DNA from: Bacillota bacterium
Lineage (GTDB): Bacteria > Bacillota > Ch66 > Ch109
NCBI GenBank assembly: GCA_050952625.1
Contig: JBMNLH010000001.1
Location: 1,024,001-1,088,000 of the forward strand
DNA: 64,000 nt
Direction of reading: 5' to 3'
Of this stretch, positions 37,149 to 45,992 are shown piece by piece (position 1 is the first letter of the stretch; each line of letters starts with the position of its first letter). The translations under genes were made by a program, and so were the position numbers. The notes beneath the pieces were generated by a model. The model was not told where the DNA came from and did not search any database. It saw only the letters and a program-made list of their open reading frames with translations.

Positions 37149-37613
37149 TTGGTTAAGGCCAAGATTGGGGATGAGATAGTAAATATACCCCTGAGGCTGC
37201 GTGTTCGCTTTGATTATCGGGGAGTTAGCAAACCGAAGGGTTTATTTTTTGGCAGTAAAAACATAGATCAAGTGGCTGAAGAAACCAGGGATCATAAAGC
37301 AGCCTTGTTGAGAAATGTTCCAGTACAAGGAATCCAAATTGAAGATATTGATACCAGTAGTGAAGTCTATACGGTGTTTGACGAGGCCTTGGGAGCACCG
37401 GTGGCATATGCCCCGATTCAGGTGACAATTCAAGCTGAGGTCATTGAGGATGTGGTTAGATTTATCATGCAAGAAGAATTCCGCAAGGTGGAATTATTAG
37501 AACCGGATCAAGTTGTACTTGGCAAGCATGATATTGAAAGGCTTTTATTCAAAATGAATGAAGAGCTTCGAGCCTTTCAGATCGCTCTGGAACGAAGAGC
37601 AAATTTGCGATAG
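37149..37613 (+). CDS. Conserved-looking hypothetical protein
   Basis: 154-aa ORF with AGGGAGG RBS; apparently co-transcribed with the HDOD gene. Confidence 0.75.
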   Translation: MVKAKIGDEIVNIPLRLRVRFDYRGVSKPKGLFFGSKNIDQVAEETRDHKAALLRNVPVQGIQIEDIDTSSEVYTVFDEALGAPVAYAPIQVTIQAEVIEDVVRFIMQEEFRKVELLEPDQVVLGKHDIERLLFKMNEELRAFQIALERRANLR

Positions 37614-37626
37614 CGGGAGGGTGCTG

Positions 37627-38463
37627 ATGCTGGAGAAAATAGTATCCCGGGTCAAGGATCTCCCAGCCTTACCAGCCATTGTAACTAGGGTTATCCAACT
37701 GACAGAAGATCCTAATTCAACAGCCAAAGATTTAAGTGAAATGCTAAGTCATGATCAAAGCCTAACGGCCAAGGTGTTGCGATTGGCCAACTCAGCCTAT
37801 TATGGATTTCCCCGACGCATAAACACCGTTGCCGATGCCGTTGTCTTACTTGGGTTTGGGGTTATTAGGAGTTTGGTAATGGCTGCTTCTGTTTACGATA
37901 TATTGGAAAAACCGGTGCAGGGTTATGCCCTAGCTCCGGGTGAGCTTTGGCGTCATTCGCAGGCCTGTGCAATGGGCTCGCGCTTGATTGCTCAAAGAGT
38001 TAAATACCGTTACCTCGATCAGGCTTATATTGGTGGACTGCTTCATGACATTGGAAAAGTCATTCTCAGCGAATATTTAAAAGAAGTTTATCAGCAGGTG
38101 ATTGATCGAGTCGTTCAGGAGCAGATTTCATTTACCGAGGTAGAGGTCGAAATCCTCGGTTTTGACCATGCAGCCGTAGGAGCTAGAGTGGTTGAGGAGT
38201 GGAACCTGCCGCCAGAGTTAGTAGATTGTATTGCCTATCACCACCGACCCTTACAAATGGCTGATAATTCGACTTTGGCCAGTATCGTTCATCTTTCTGA
38301 TGCAATCTGTATGACTATGGGTATAGGATTAGGTATTGACGGAATGTACTACCCATTAGACAGTCAAGCGGTTGAACTATTAAAATTGAACACAACGGAT
38401 ATAGAACTCATAATGTCTCGTTTAGCCGATGCTTTGGTAGACAGTAATTCTATACTGGCTTGA
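37627..38463 (+). CDS. HDOD domain protein
   Basis: LPALP, D..L.AKVLRLANSAYY, GLLHDIGK and FDHA.VG...W.LP...I.YHH.P motifs. Confidence 0.92.
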   Translation: MLEKIVSRVKDLPALPAIVTRVIQLTEDPNSTAKDLSEMLSHDQSLTAKVLRLANSAYYGFPRRINTVADAVVLLGFGVIRSLVMAASVYDILEKPVQGYALAPGELWRHSQACAMGSRLIAQRVKYRYLDQAYIGGLLHDIGKVILSEYLKEVYQQVIDRVVQEQISFTEVEVEILGFDHAAVGARVVEEWNLPPELVDCIAYHHRPLQMADNSTLASIVHLSDAICMTMGIGLGIDGMYYPLDSQAVELLKLNTTDIELIMSRLADALVDSNSILA

Positions 38464-38535
38464 TTAAATACTTTAATAAATACACGTAAGAAAGGGCCCA
38501 TTTATTTACCGAGCCGGATGATGTTCTTCCGGTTT

Positions 38536-38652
38536 TTTATCTGAGTTCAAAAGCCCCCTACTCTTATAAGTTGGGGGGTACCTTGTGCAAACTTCAGGTA
38601 GAGTAGAGTCTCCACCTAAAGCCTCGATGTCGGCGAAGCGGGATGAGTTCGC
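38536..38652 (+). mobile_element. Repeat family A copy 3
   Basis: TTTATCTGAG..AAAAGCCCCCTACTCTTATAAGTTGGGGGGTACCTTG...CTTCAGGTAGAGTAGAGTCTCCACCTAAAGCCTCGATG...GAGTTCGC, collinear with copy 2. Confidence 0.7.
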
Positions 38653-38684
38653 AGATAAAAAAGAGGAAAAGATGATTGTTGAAA

Positions 38685-38712
38685 AGAGGAATTTACAACG
38701 AAAGGTAGAATA
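38685..38712 (+). promoter_or_regulatory. sigma-H-like promoter upstream of the oxidoreductase operon
   Basis: AGAGGAATTT...GTAGAAT. Confidence 0.45.
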
Positions 38713-38733
38713 TAAAAAGCTTATATGATTATA

Positions 38734-38750
38734 TAGTGGTCTGACCACTA
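38734..38750. promoter_or_regulatory. FadR/GntR-family operator
   Basis: Perfect palindrome TAGTGGTC-T-GACCACTA, fitting the TGGT-N3-ACCA box of PdhR/LldR/GlcC-type regulators. Confidence 0.75.
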
Positions 38751-38803
38751 GAACAGTCGGTTAGGTGATTATTGACCCCAGCTTATGAGATAGGTGATTT
38801 TTG

Positions 38804-38927
38804 TAAACCACCCCTGCCCGCAGAGCATAACCACTAATGAAAATAGCGGACATATGTCATCCTGAGCGGTTAGCGAGGATCTTGCATCTCAACGTAGGAA
38901 GGCTTCTTCGCTTTAATCAGAATTACA
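38804..38927 (+). repeat. Composite repeat: family C, linker, family B
   Basis: Collinear with 34391-34513; a further degenerate family C copy follows at about 38932-38958. Confidence 0.8.
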
Positions 38928-39023
38928 TGCGTAAACCGCACCACGATAAACGAATAATGTTATATTTATTGCAATGACACGATATTAATACTATTTACTA
39001 ACTAATTAATACTAGAAGGCAGG

Positions 39024-39755
39024 TTGGATATGCGGCGCGTTATAGTACTGACCGGCGGATTTGGCAGCGGTAAAAGCGAGATTGCGATTAACCTGGCCCT
39101 GAGTTTAGCAGTCAAGGAAAAGACCGCTTTGGTTGACTTGGATATTGCCAACCCCTATTTTCGTTCTCGTGAGGTGAGGCATTTTTTAGCCGAGCAAGGA
39201 GTAAAGGCGATAGTGCCGCGAGAGGAATGGTTAGATGCGGACCTGCCTATTCTTGGTCCCGGCCTGCGCAGTCTGCTCTTGGATAACAGTGGCCGGGTTG
39301 TGTTAGATGTTGGCGGCGATGAGATCGGGGCGACTGCCCTGGGGGTATACCAGGCGGATTTAAATAAAATAGAGCATCACCTGCTCATGGTGGTTAATCC
39401 CTTTCGTCCCTATACCCGTAATCCTGATAGTATTGCGGTTATGTGCCGGGAGATCGAACGAACCTCTCGTCTAAAGATGAATGGAATTATTAGCAATCCT
39501 AATCTAGGTCAGGTGACTGAATTGAATCACGTACTCTGGGGGCATGAGATTGTGGTCCAAGCCGCAGAAAAACTCAGTTTGCCAATTTTGGGATTAGGAG
39601 TATTGGCCAATAGATTAGAGCAATGGCGCAGTCAGTTAACAGAGACGATTACTAATACCGTTAAACACTTTGACCTGATGCAGCCGCTGCCGTTAATTCC
39701 AATTCATATCTATTTGTTGCCGGAATGGTTAAAAAGTAGACCTTCCTGCCCCTAA
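39024..39755 (+). CDS. P-loop NTPase associated with 2-oxoacid oxidoreductase operons
   Basis: GGFGSGKSE, DLDIANPYFRSRE and DVGGD..GA motifs. Confidence 0.8.
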   Translation: MDMRRVIVLTGGFGSGKSEIAINLALSLAVKEKTALVDLDIANPYFRSREVRHFLAEQGVKAIVPREEWLDADLPILGPGLRSLLLDNSGRVVLDVGGDEIGATALGVYQADLNKIEHHLLMVVNPFRPYTRNPDSIAVMCREIERTSRLKMNGIISNPNLGQVTELNHVLWGHEIVVQAAEKLSLPILGLGVLANRLEQWRSQLTETITNTVKHFDLMQPLPLIPIHIYLLPEWLKSRPSCP

Positions 39756-39965
39756 GCCGGACCATTAAACAATAAAAAATCATGATCACGTCGTGTTTTA
39801 ACAAAGGTCAGCGATTTGACGATTACAGTGAAGTCATCGACTCTACATCCTCAAAGGCCGGCCGATAATTTGATAAAAAATTATTATAATTTTAAAAAGA
39901 TAATACCATAATAGCTTTTTCATTAAACATAACAAAGAGACGAAGCAAGGAGGGTGTTAAGGAGG

Positions 39966-40181
39966 GTGGCAAAGGTCAGTTTTTTGGAGGAAAGATGTAA
40001 AGGTTGTGGCTTGTGTATTGCGTTTTGTCCTAAGAATTGCCTGGCTTTAGGCGGACATTTGAACACGCAGGGGTATCATCCAGCTACGCTAGTTGATGGG
40101 GAAAATTGTATTTCCTGTGCCATTTGTGCCCGGATGTGCCCAGATGTAGTAATTGAGGTGGAAAAGGAGGCCAGAAGGTGA
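39966..40181 (+). CDS. 2x[4Fe-4S] ferredoxin (2-oxoacid oxidoreductase delta subunit)
   Basis: CKGCGLC...CP and CISCAIC...CP. Confidence 0.92.
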   Translation: MAKVSFLEERCKGCGLCIAFCPKNCLALGGHLNTQGYHPATLVDGENCISCAICARMCPDVVIEVEKEARR

Positions 40182-41239
40182 AGAATTCGGAGCTTCTGTT
40201 AATGAAAGGGAATGAAGCAATTGGCGAGGCGGCGGTTCGGGGCGGCTGTCGGTATTTTTTTGGCTACCCCATTACCCCGCAGAGCGAAGTGCTTGAATAC
40301 TTGGCTCGTCGCTTGCCGGAAGTGGGCGGTGCTTATGTCCAGGCAGAAAGCGAAGTTTCGGCGATAAACATGGTGTTTGGGGCTGCCGCGGCCGGGGCTA
40401 GGGTAATGACAGCCTCGTCTAGTCCCGGTATCTCCTTGATGCAAGAGGGTATCTCTTATATTGCCTCAGCCCAATTACCGGCCGTTATCGTTAATATAAT
40501 GCGGGGTTCTCCCGGCTTAGGTGGTATTCAGCCTTCTCAGGCAGACTACTTTCAGTCGACTAAAGGTGGGGGACATGGAGATTACCGGCTATTGGTGTTA
40601 GCTCCCTCCACAGTTCAAGAAATGATTGACCATACTATTTTGGCTTTTGAATTAGCGGAAAAGTACTGTACACCAGTGGTGGTTTTTGCTGACGGCATGA
40701 TGGGACAAATGATGGAACCAGTCGTCTTGCCAGAGGTGGAACCCGTTCCTTCGGAGAAGCCCTGGGCAACTACTGGGATGCAAGGGCGAGGACCCAATAT
40801 AATTCACACCTTACACTTACCACCAGACGAATTAGAACAGCACTGCCATAACCTATTTGCTAAGTATCAGCAAATTGAAGCAAATGAAAAGCGGAGCTTA
40901 GCCTACTCCACCGAAGATGCCGAGATTTTAGTCGTTGCCTACGGCATCGTTAGTCGGGTGGCGAGAGCAGCGGTGGAGCAGGCGCGCGAGGCTGGGATTA
41001 AAGCGGGTCTCTTCCGTCCCGTTACTTTATGGCCTTTCCCGGACGAGGCTTTGGTCAATGCTGCCCAAAAAGCCCGGAAGGTGCTGGTAGTTGAAGTGAG
41101 TATGGGTCAGATGGTTGAAGATGTCCGGCTGAGCATCAACGGCCGGCTGCCGGTCGAGTTCTATGGTCGGATTGGTCAGGTGCCAACTCCCGGTGAGATT
41201 TTCAACAGGATTTCGCAAATGATCGCGGAGGTGGCCTAG
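40178..41239 (+). CDS. 2-oxoacid:ferredoxin oxidoreductase alpha subunit (VorB/KorA-type)
   Basis: KGNEA, GYPITPQSE, QAESE and SSSPGISLM.E motifs. Confidence 0.92.
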   Translation: MKNSELLLMKGNEAIGEAAVRGGCRYFFGYPITPQSEVLEYLARRLPEVGGAYVQAESEVSAINMVFGAAAAGARVMTASSSPGISLMQEGISYIASAQLPAVIVNIMRGSPGLGGIQPSQADYFQSTKGGGHGDYRLLVLAPSTVQEMIDHTILAFELAEKYCTPVVVFADGMMGQMMEPVVLPEVEPVPSEKPWATTGMQGRGPNIIHTLHLPPDELEQHCHNLFAKYQQIEANEKRSLAYSTEDAEILVVAYGIVSRVARAAVEQAREAGIKAGLFRPVTLWPFPDEALVNAAQKARKVLVVEVSMGQMVEDVRLSINGRLPVEFYGRIGQVPTPGEIFNRISQMIAEVA

Positions 41240-41995
41240 ATGACGGAAACAGTAAAAGTATACTCTCGACCCAAAACCCTGATTGATCGCCCCTGGCATT
41301 TTTGTCCGGGTTGCCATCATGGTATTGCCCATCGCCTATGTGCTGAAGTAATTGAAGAAATGGGACTGCAGGAGAAAACTATTGGCGTTGGCTCAGTTGG
41401 CTGTGGGGTTTTTTCCTATGAGTATTTTAATTTTGACGGTATCGGCCCTTCGCATGGACGATCGCCGGCAGTGGCCACCGGGGTCAAACGGGTTTTGCCG
41501 GACCGGCTCGTCTTTACTTATCAAGGCGATGGTGACTTGGCGGCGATTGGAACAACCGAAATGGTTCATGCCGCGGTTCGGGGAGAAAAGATCACTATTG
41601 TTTTTATTAATAACACCCTTTATGGAATGACCGGGGGTCAATTGGCTCCAACCACTCTGATGGGTCAGGTCACCACGACCTCTCCTTTTGGCCGAGAAGC
41701 GAAACAGGCTGGTTTCCCGATGCGGGTCTGTGAAATGATCTCTACGCTGGAAGGAGCAGCCTATGTCGCTAGAGTAGCCTTATTTAACCCAGCGCAGGTT
41801 GCCAAAGCCAAAAAATCAATTCGTCGGGCTTTTGAGACGCAAATGCAGGGATTAGGATTCAGTATGATCGAGATTCTATCGGCCTGCCCAACCAATTGGG
41901 GAATGGCACCTTTGGAGGCCTGTAAACATGTGGAAAACAATCTCACTCCAGTGTATCCCCTGGGTGAATTTAAAGTTCCGGAAGGAGTGAAATAA
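41240..41995 (+). CDS. 2-oxoacid:ferredoxin oxidoreductase beta (TPP-binding) subunit
   Basis: CPGC.HG, GDGD...NN..YGMTGGQ and CPTNW motifs. Confidence 0.92.
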   Translation: MTETVKVYSRPKTLIDRPWHFCPGCHHGIAHRLCAEVIEEMGLQEKTIGVGSVGCGVFSYEYFNFDGIGPSHGRSPAVATGVKRVLPDRLVFTYQGDGDLAAIGTTEMVHAAVRGEKITIVFINNTLYGMTGGQLAPTTLMGQVTTTSPFGREAKQAGFPMRVCEMISTLEGAAYVARVALFNPAQVAKAKKSIRRAFETQMQGLGFSMIEILSACPTNWGMAPLEACKHVENNLTPVYPLGEFKVPEGVK

Positions 41996-42574
41996 ATGAT
42001 CCATGAATTATTACTAGCTGGGTTTGGCGGACAAGGAATGTTAACCATTGGTATTTCTCTGGCTTACGCCGGCATGGCGGAAGGAAAAAAAGTCGCTTAT
42101 GTTCCTTCATATGGGCCGGAAATGCGGGGCGGCACAGCCAACTGTATGGTGACTATTTCCGATAAAGAAATAAGCTCTCCGGTAGTCGCTAATCCGGGAG
42201 TAGCCATTATCATGAACCGGCCTTCATTAGATAAGTTTGAATCCCGAGTCAAGCCAGGGGGGATTATCCTGGTTAATTCTAGCCTGATTGACCGACCAGT
42301 CTGCCGCAAAGATGTTCAGGTATACGAAATCCCTACCCTGGAATTGGCGACCGAGGCCGGTATGGCGAGAGCGGCGAATATGGTTATGCTGGGGGCCTTG
42401 ATAGGCGCAACCGGGGTGGTTAGTCTAGAGGTAGTCCAAGATGCTCTGGTAAAAACCTTTAAGGGTAAATACCTGGACAAAATGCCCGCCAATATGGCGG
42501 TAGTCCGGCGCGGCTTGGAATATATTCGTGGTTTGCAAAAAGAAGGAGTAAGCAAAAAGAAGGCGACAGCTTAA
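41996..42574 (+). CDS. 2-oxoacid:ferredoxin oxidoreductase gamma subunit
   Basis: AGFGGQG, SYGPEMRGG and NMVMLGAL motifs. Confidence 0.92.
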   Translation: MIHELLLAGFGGQGMLTIGISLAYAGMAEGKKVAYVPSYGPEMRGGTANCMVTISDKEISSPVVANPGVAIIMNRPSLDKFESRVKPGGIILVNSSLIDRPVCRKDVQVYEIPTLELATEAGMARAANMVMLGALIGATGVVSLEVVQDALVKTFKGKYLDKMPANMAVVRRGLEYIRGLQKEGVSKKKATA

Positions 42575-42646
42575 GGATAACTGACCGGAGTTGAGAAGGC
42601 GTAAAGTTAACTTATCAACAACTCTTTTTTCTTAATTTAACCTGTA

Positions 42647-42701
42647 GCGGCAATGAGGCTCCTGTTTTTTTCTTGGAGATTAATTGCCGCTTTTGTTTTT
42701 T
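42647..42701 (+). terminator. Terminator after the oxidoreductase operon
   Basis: AGCGGCAAT...ATTGCCGCT followed by TTTGTTTTTT. Confidence 0.55.
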
Positions 42702-42786
42702 CTTGTTCGAATAATACCGTCAGGCTATAATCAATAGTATAGTTAGTGTAGTGGTGGGAGTACGTCATAGAAAGGGTGAAGAGCCA

Positions 42787-43521
42787 TTGCAGTTCAAACC
42801 CATAAAGACGCGAAAAATTTATGAAGAAATAGTTGATCAACTTAAGGCACTGATTTTTAAGGGGAATCTTAAGCCGGGAGATAAACTCCCGGCTGAAAGG
42901 GAATTGTCGGAACGTCTGGGAGTCAGTCGGGCTTCCGTGCGGGAAGCTTTGACTGCTCTTGAAGCCATGGGGATCTTGGACATAAGGCCTGGTGAAGGTA
43001 CTTTTGTCCGGCAAACCAGCCAGAGTTCAACCATTGAACCATTAGCCTGGGTCCTGGCGGTAGAAAGGAATCCAGTCGCTCAATTGATGGAGGTTCGGCG
43101 AGTACTAGAGGTTGAAGCAGCTGGATTTGCCGCGCTGCGGGTCACTGAACGTCAACTGGCAGATATTGAAGAAGCTCTCAAGAGTATGAAAGAAGCAGCT
43201 GAAAAAAAAGAACTGGCCGTGGACTACGATTTAAAGTTTCATTACGCGATTGCCCGGGCGACGCAGAATACTGTTTTATTACGGATAATGAATACAGTCG
43301 CGGATATTATGCACAAAACCTTTCGTGATGGCCGTCAGCGTTTATACGACAGCCCTGGGATGGCCGAGCAGATCATACAAGAACACTACTCAATCCTAAA
43401 GGCGATTAAAAATAGGCAGCCAGAAGACGCACGCCGGTGTATGTTGGAGCACTTGAATAATGTTGAGACTGGCTTGGAAAAGATCCGGAATTCCCTGGGA
43501 GAAAACAGTAGTGAGGTGTGA
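42787..43521 (+). CDS. FadR/GntR-family transcriptional regulator (FCD domain)
   Basis: GDKLPAERELSERLGVSRASVREAL, RPGEGTFV and D..FH..IA.AT.N motifs; TTG start at 42787. Confidence 0.93.
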   Translation: MQFKPIKTRKIYEEIVDQLKALIFKGNLKPGDKLPAERELSERLGVSRASVREALTALEAMGILDIRPGEGTFVRQTSQSSTIEPLAWVLAVERNPVAQLMEVRRVLEVEAAGFAALRVTERQLADIEEALKSMKEAAEKKELAVDYDLKFHYAIARATQNTVLLRIMNTVADIMHKTFRDGRQRLYDSPGMAEQIIQEHYSILKAIKNRQPEDARRCMLEHLNNVETGLEKIRNSLGENSSEV

Positions 43522-43661
43522 GGTGTTAATCCATCAATCATTAATGAGAATCGGCGGCGAATGATGCGCGCGTAAGGGGGGATTTTTTCCGAGGGTGGCG
43601 AGGTCACTGTCATGGCAGTCTAGAATAGTCTACGAAAGGAAGGTTAGCCGAAGGCAGCGGT

Positions 43662-44420
43662 ATGGACCAGAAAGCACTGCGTTGTCTCTTGGAAGAAGTC
43701 AAGCTTGGGCGGATTCAAATTGATGAGGCCTTCGACAAATTAAAAAACCTGCCATACGAAAACCTTCATTTTGCCCGGTTGGATCACCACCGGGCTATAC
43801 GTAGCGGCTATCCTGAAGTAGTCTTTTGTCCAGGGAAACAGGTGGAGCAGATAGTCGCGATTATCAAACACTTGGCCGCCGAAGGGGGCAACGTTTTAGC
43901 CACCCGGGCTACTCCAGAGGTCTTTAAAGCCGTGCAGGCGGTGTGTCCAGAGGCCGAATACTATGAACTGGCCCGGGTAATTGCGGTTCGCCAGCAAAAG
44001 GTTGACTCCAGGGGGCTGGTTTTAGTAGTAAGTGCTGGAACGGCCGACTTGCCGGTGGCCGAGGAGGCGGCGGTTGTCCTGGAACTCATAGGTTGTGGGG
44101 TAGAGCGCCTGTATGATGTTGGGGTCGCTGGGCTGCATCGGTTATTAGAGGAAAGGGAACGCTTGTATCAAGCTCAGGTGATCATTGTCGTCGCTGGCAT
44201 GGAAGGTGCCTTAGCCAGTGTCGTGGGCGGTCTGGTGGATAAACCAGTCATTGCCGTGCCGACCAGTGTTGGCTATGGGGCTAGTTTCGGCGGATTGGCC
44301 GCTTTACTGGCCATGTTGAATTCTTGCGCTGCCGGCATCGGAGTAGTCAACATTGACAATGGCTTTGGGGCTGCGACCCTAGCCGCGGCGATTATCCGTC
44401 AAGTGTATAATGAATCCTGA
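43662..44420 (+). CDS. larB: Nickel-pincer cofactor biosynthesis protein LarB
   Basis: LDHHR..R.G.PEV, AGTAD.PVAEEA, DVGVAG.HRL, AGMEGAL, PTSVGYG and NIDNGFGA motifs. Confidence 0.93.
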   Translation: MDQKALRCLLEEVKLGRIQIDEAFDKLKNLPYENLHFARLDHHRAIRSGYPEVVFCPGKQVEQIVAIIKHLAAEGGNVLATRATPEVFKAVQAVCPEAEYYELARVIAVRQQKVDSRGLVLVVSAGTADLPVAEEAAVVLELIGCGVERLYDVGVAGLHRLLEERERLYQAQVIIVVAGMEGALASVVGGLVDKPVIAVPTSVGYGASFGGLAALLAMLNSCAAGIGVVNIDNGFGAATLAAAIIRQVYNES

Positions 44421-44437
44421 GATTTCGAGGCGAAAGT

Positions 44438-45775
44438 TTGGTGAAAAGATTGCCGGAAGATAATGCCCAAAAGGTTATTGTGGTCGGAGGCGGGCCAGCT
44501 GGCATGATGGCAGCGGGTATGGCCGCCAAGGAAGGGGCCAAGGTCTTATTATTGGAAAAAAACCCTCGGATTGGGCGGAAGCTGCTGCTGACAGGTAAGG
44601 GAAGGTGTAATATTACTAATATGGCACCGTTACCGGAATTTGTGGAAAATTTCCCGGGGAACGGGGCTTTTTTATACGGACCGTTAAATGCTTTCAGTAA
44701 CCAAGACTTGATTGACTTCTTAGCTGATCAAGGATTGGCAACTAAGGTGGAGAGAGGGGGGCGAGTATTTCCCGTCAGTGATCGGTCAGCCGATGTACTC
44801 CGGGCACTTGAACGCTTCATTAGAACCGCTGGAGTAAGGGTACTGACCAATCAGCCAGTTATTGGCCTCTTGATCGAAAAAAAAGACACCCTGAGTAGCC
44901 AAGTGTTAGGAGTGGTCACGGAAAGCAGTGAATATCGTGGCGGGGCAGTTATTCTAGCAACCGGCGGCCTCTCCTACCCAGCTACCGGAAGTACCGGCGA
45001 TGGTTACCGGTGGGCGGTTGCGGCTGGTCATACGGTAATTTCTCCTTGGCCTGGGCTGGTCCCGCTTGAAGTCGAGGAAAAGTGGGTGAAAGATGTCCAG
45101 GGTCTATCGTTGAAAAATATTCGGGTAACCGCTCGAGTGAATCAGCCTGGTGCTCAGGGATCATCCCGGGTTCTGGGCGAGGAGTTTGGTGAAATGCTGT
45201 TTACCCATTTTGGTGTTTCTGGCCCAATTATTTTATCTTTAAGCAGCTCCATAGCCCAGTGTTTATTTAAAAAAAAGAACGATGACACCCGAGCAGAGGC
45301 CAGGATTACTTTGAGTATTAATCTTAAACCAGCTTTAATCCCTGAGCAATTAGACCGTCGGCTGCAGCGCGATTTAGCCGCCAATTCGCGAAAACTTTTT
45401 AAGAATTCTTTGGGTAATTTATTGCCCAAGGCCATGATTCCGGTGATTATTGGACTAAGCGGGATTCCGGAAGACAAGTTTACACATCAAATTACCCGAG
45501 AGGAACGAATGAAGCTAGCCTCTTTGTTAACTGATTTACGGTTAACAGTCACTGGCACCCGGCCAATTGAAGAAGCGATCGTAACCGCTGGGGGGGTTTC
45601 AACCAGAGAAGTAGATCCGCGCACGATGGCTTCTCGTTTAGCTGATGGATTGTACTTTGCGGGGGAGATGCTCGACGTAGATGGATATACCGGCGGATTT
45701 AACTTGCAGGCAGCCTTTTCGACCGGGTATGTTGCCGGCCGAGCGGCCGGGAAGAAAGTTCAACAGAGTACCTAA
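44438..45775 (+). CDS. HI0933/YtfP/BaiN-family flavoprotein
   Basis: GGGPAG, GRKLL.TG.GRCN.TN, LFTHFG.SGP and GYTGGFNLQAA motifs. Confidence 0.92.
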   Translation: MVKRLPEDNAQKVIVVGGGPAGMMAAGMAAKEGAKVLLLEKNPRIGRKLLLTGKGRCNITNMAPLPEFVENFPGNGAFLYGPLNAFSNQDLIDFLADQGLATKVERGGRVFPVSDRSADVLRALERFIRTAGVRVLTNQPVIGLLIEKKDTLSSQVLGVVTESSEYRGGAVILATGGLSYPATGSTGDGYRWAVAAGHTVISPWPGLVPLEVEEKWVKDVQGLSLKNIRVTARVNQPGAQGSSRVLGEEFGEMLFTHFGVSGPIILSLSSSIAQCLFKKKNDDTRAEARITLSINLKPALIPEQLDRRLQRDLAANSRKLFKNSLGNLLPKAMIPVIIGLSGIPEDKFTHQITREERMKLASLLTDLRLTVTGTRPIEEAIVTAGGVSTREVDPRTMASRLADGLYFAGEMLDVDGYTGGFNLQAAFSTGYVAGRAAGKKVQQST

Positions 45776-45992
45776 TTTACCCGATTAGCTTTAATTAATA
45801 ATTAAACTCCTTCAGCCTCGCTGAATATCGCAGCTATTGATGGAGTCCCTGCTTCACCTATTTGCATGATGCAATCCCGCTACTTAGACGTAAGATCTTT
45901 TCTGCCCAGAGGAACTGCAAAGTAAGAGTATATTTACCATCTCTCCGGCATAGCTTGTACCAGAGACATTTATTAAGCGGAGGCGGGTCGAG

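Noticed and set aside
34391-38958. CRISPR array interpretation of the repeats
   Set aside because: Copies are dispersed, divergent and not regularly spaced; no cas genes
43540-43640. NiCo riboswitch upstream of larB
   Set aside because: GC-rich, but no four-way-junction consensus could be assembled
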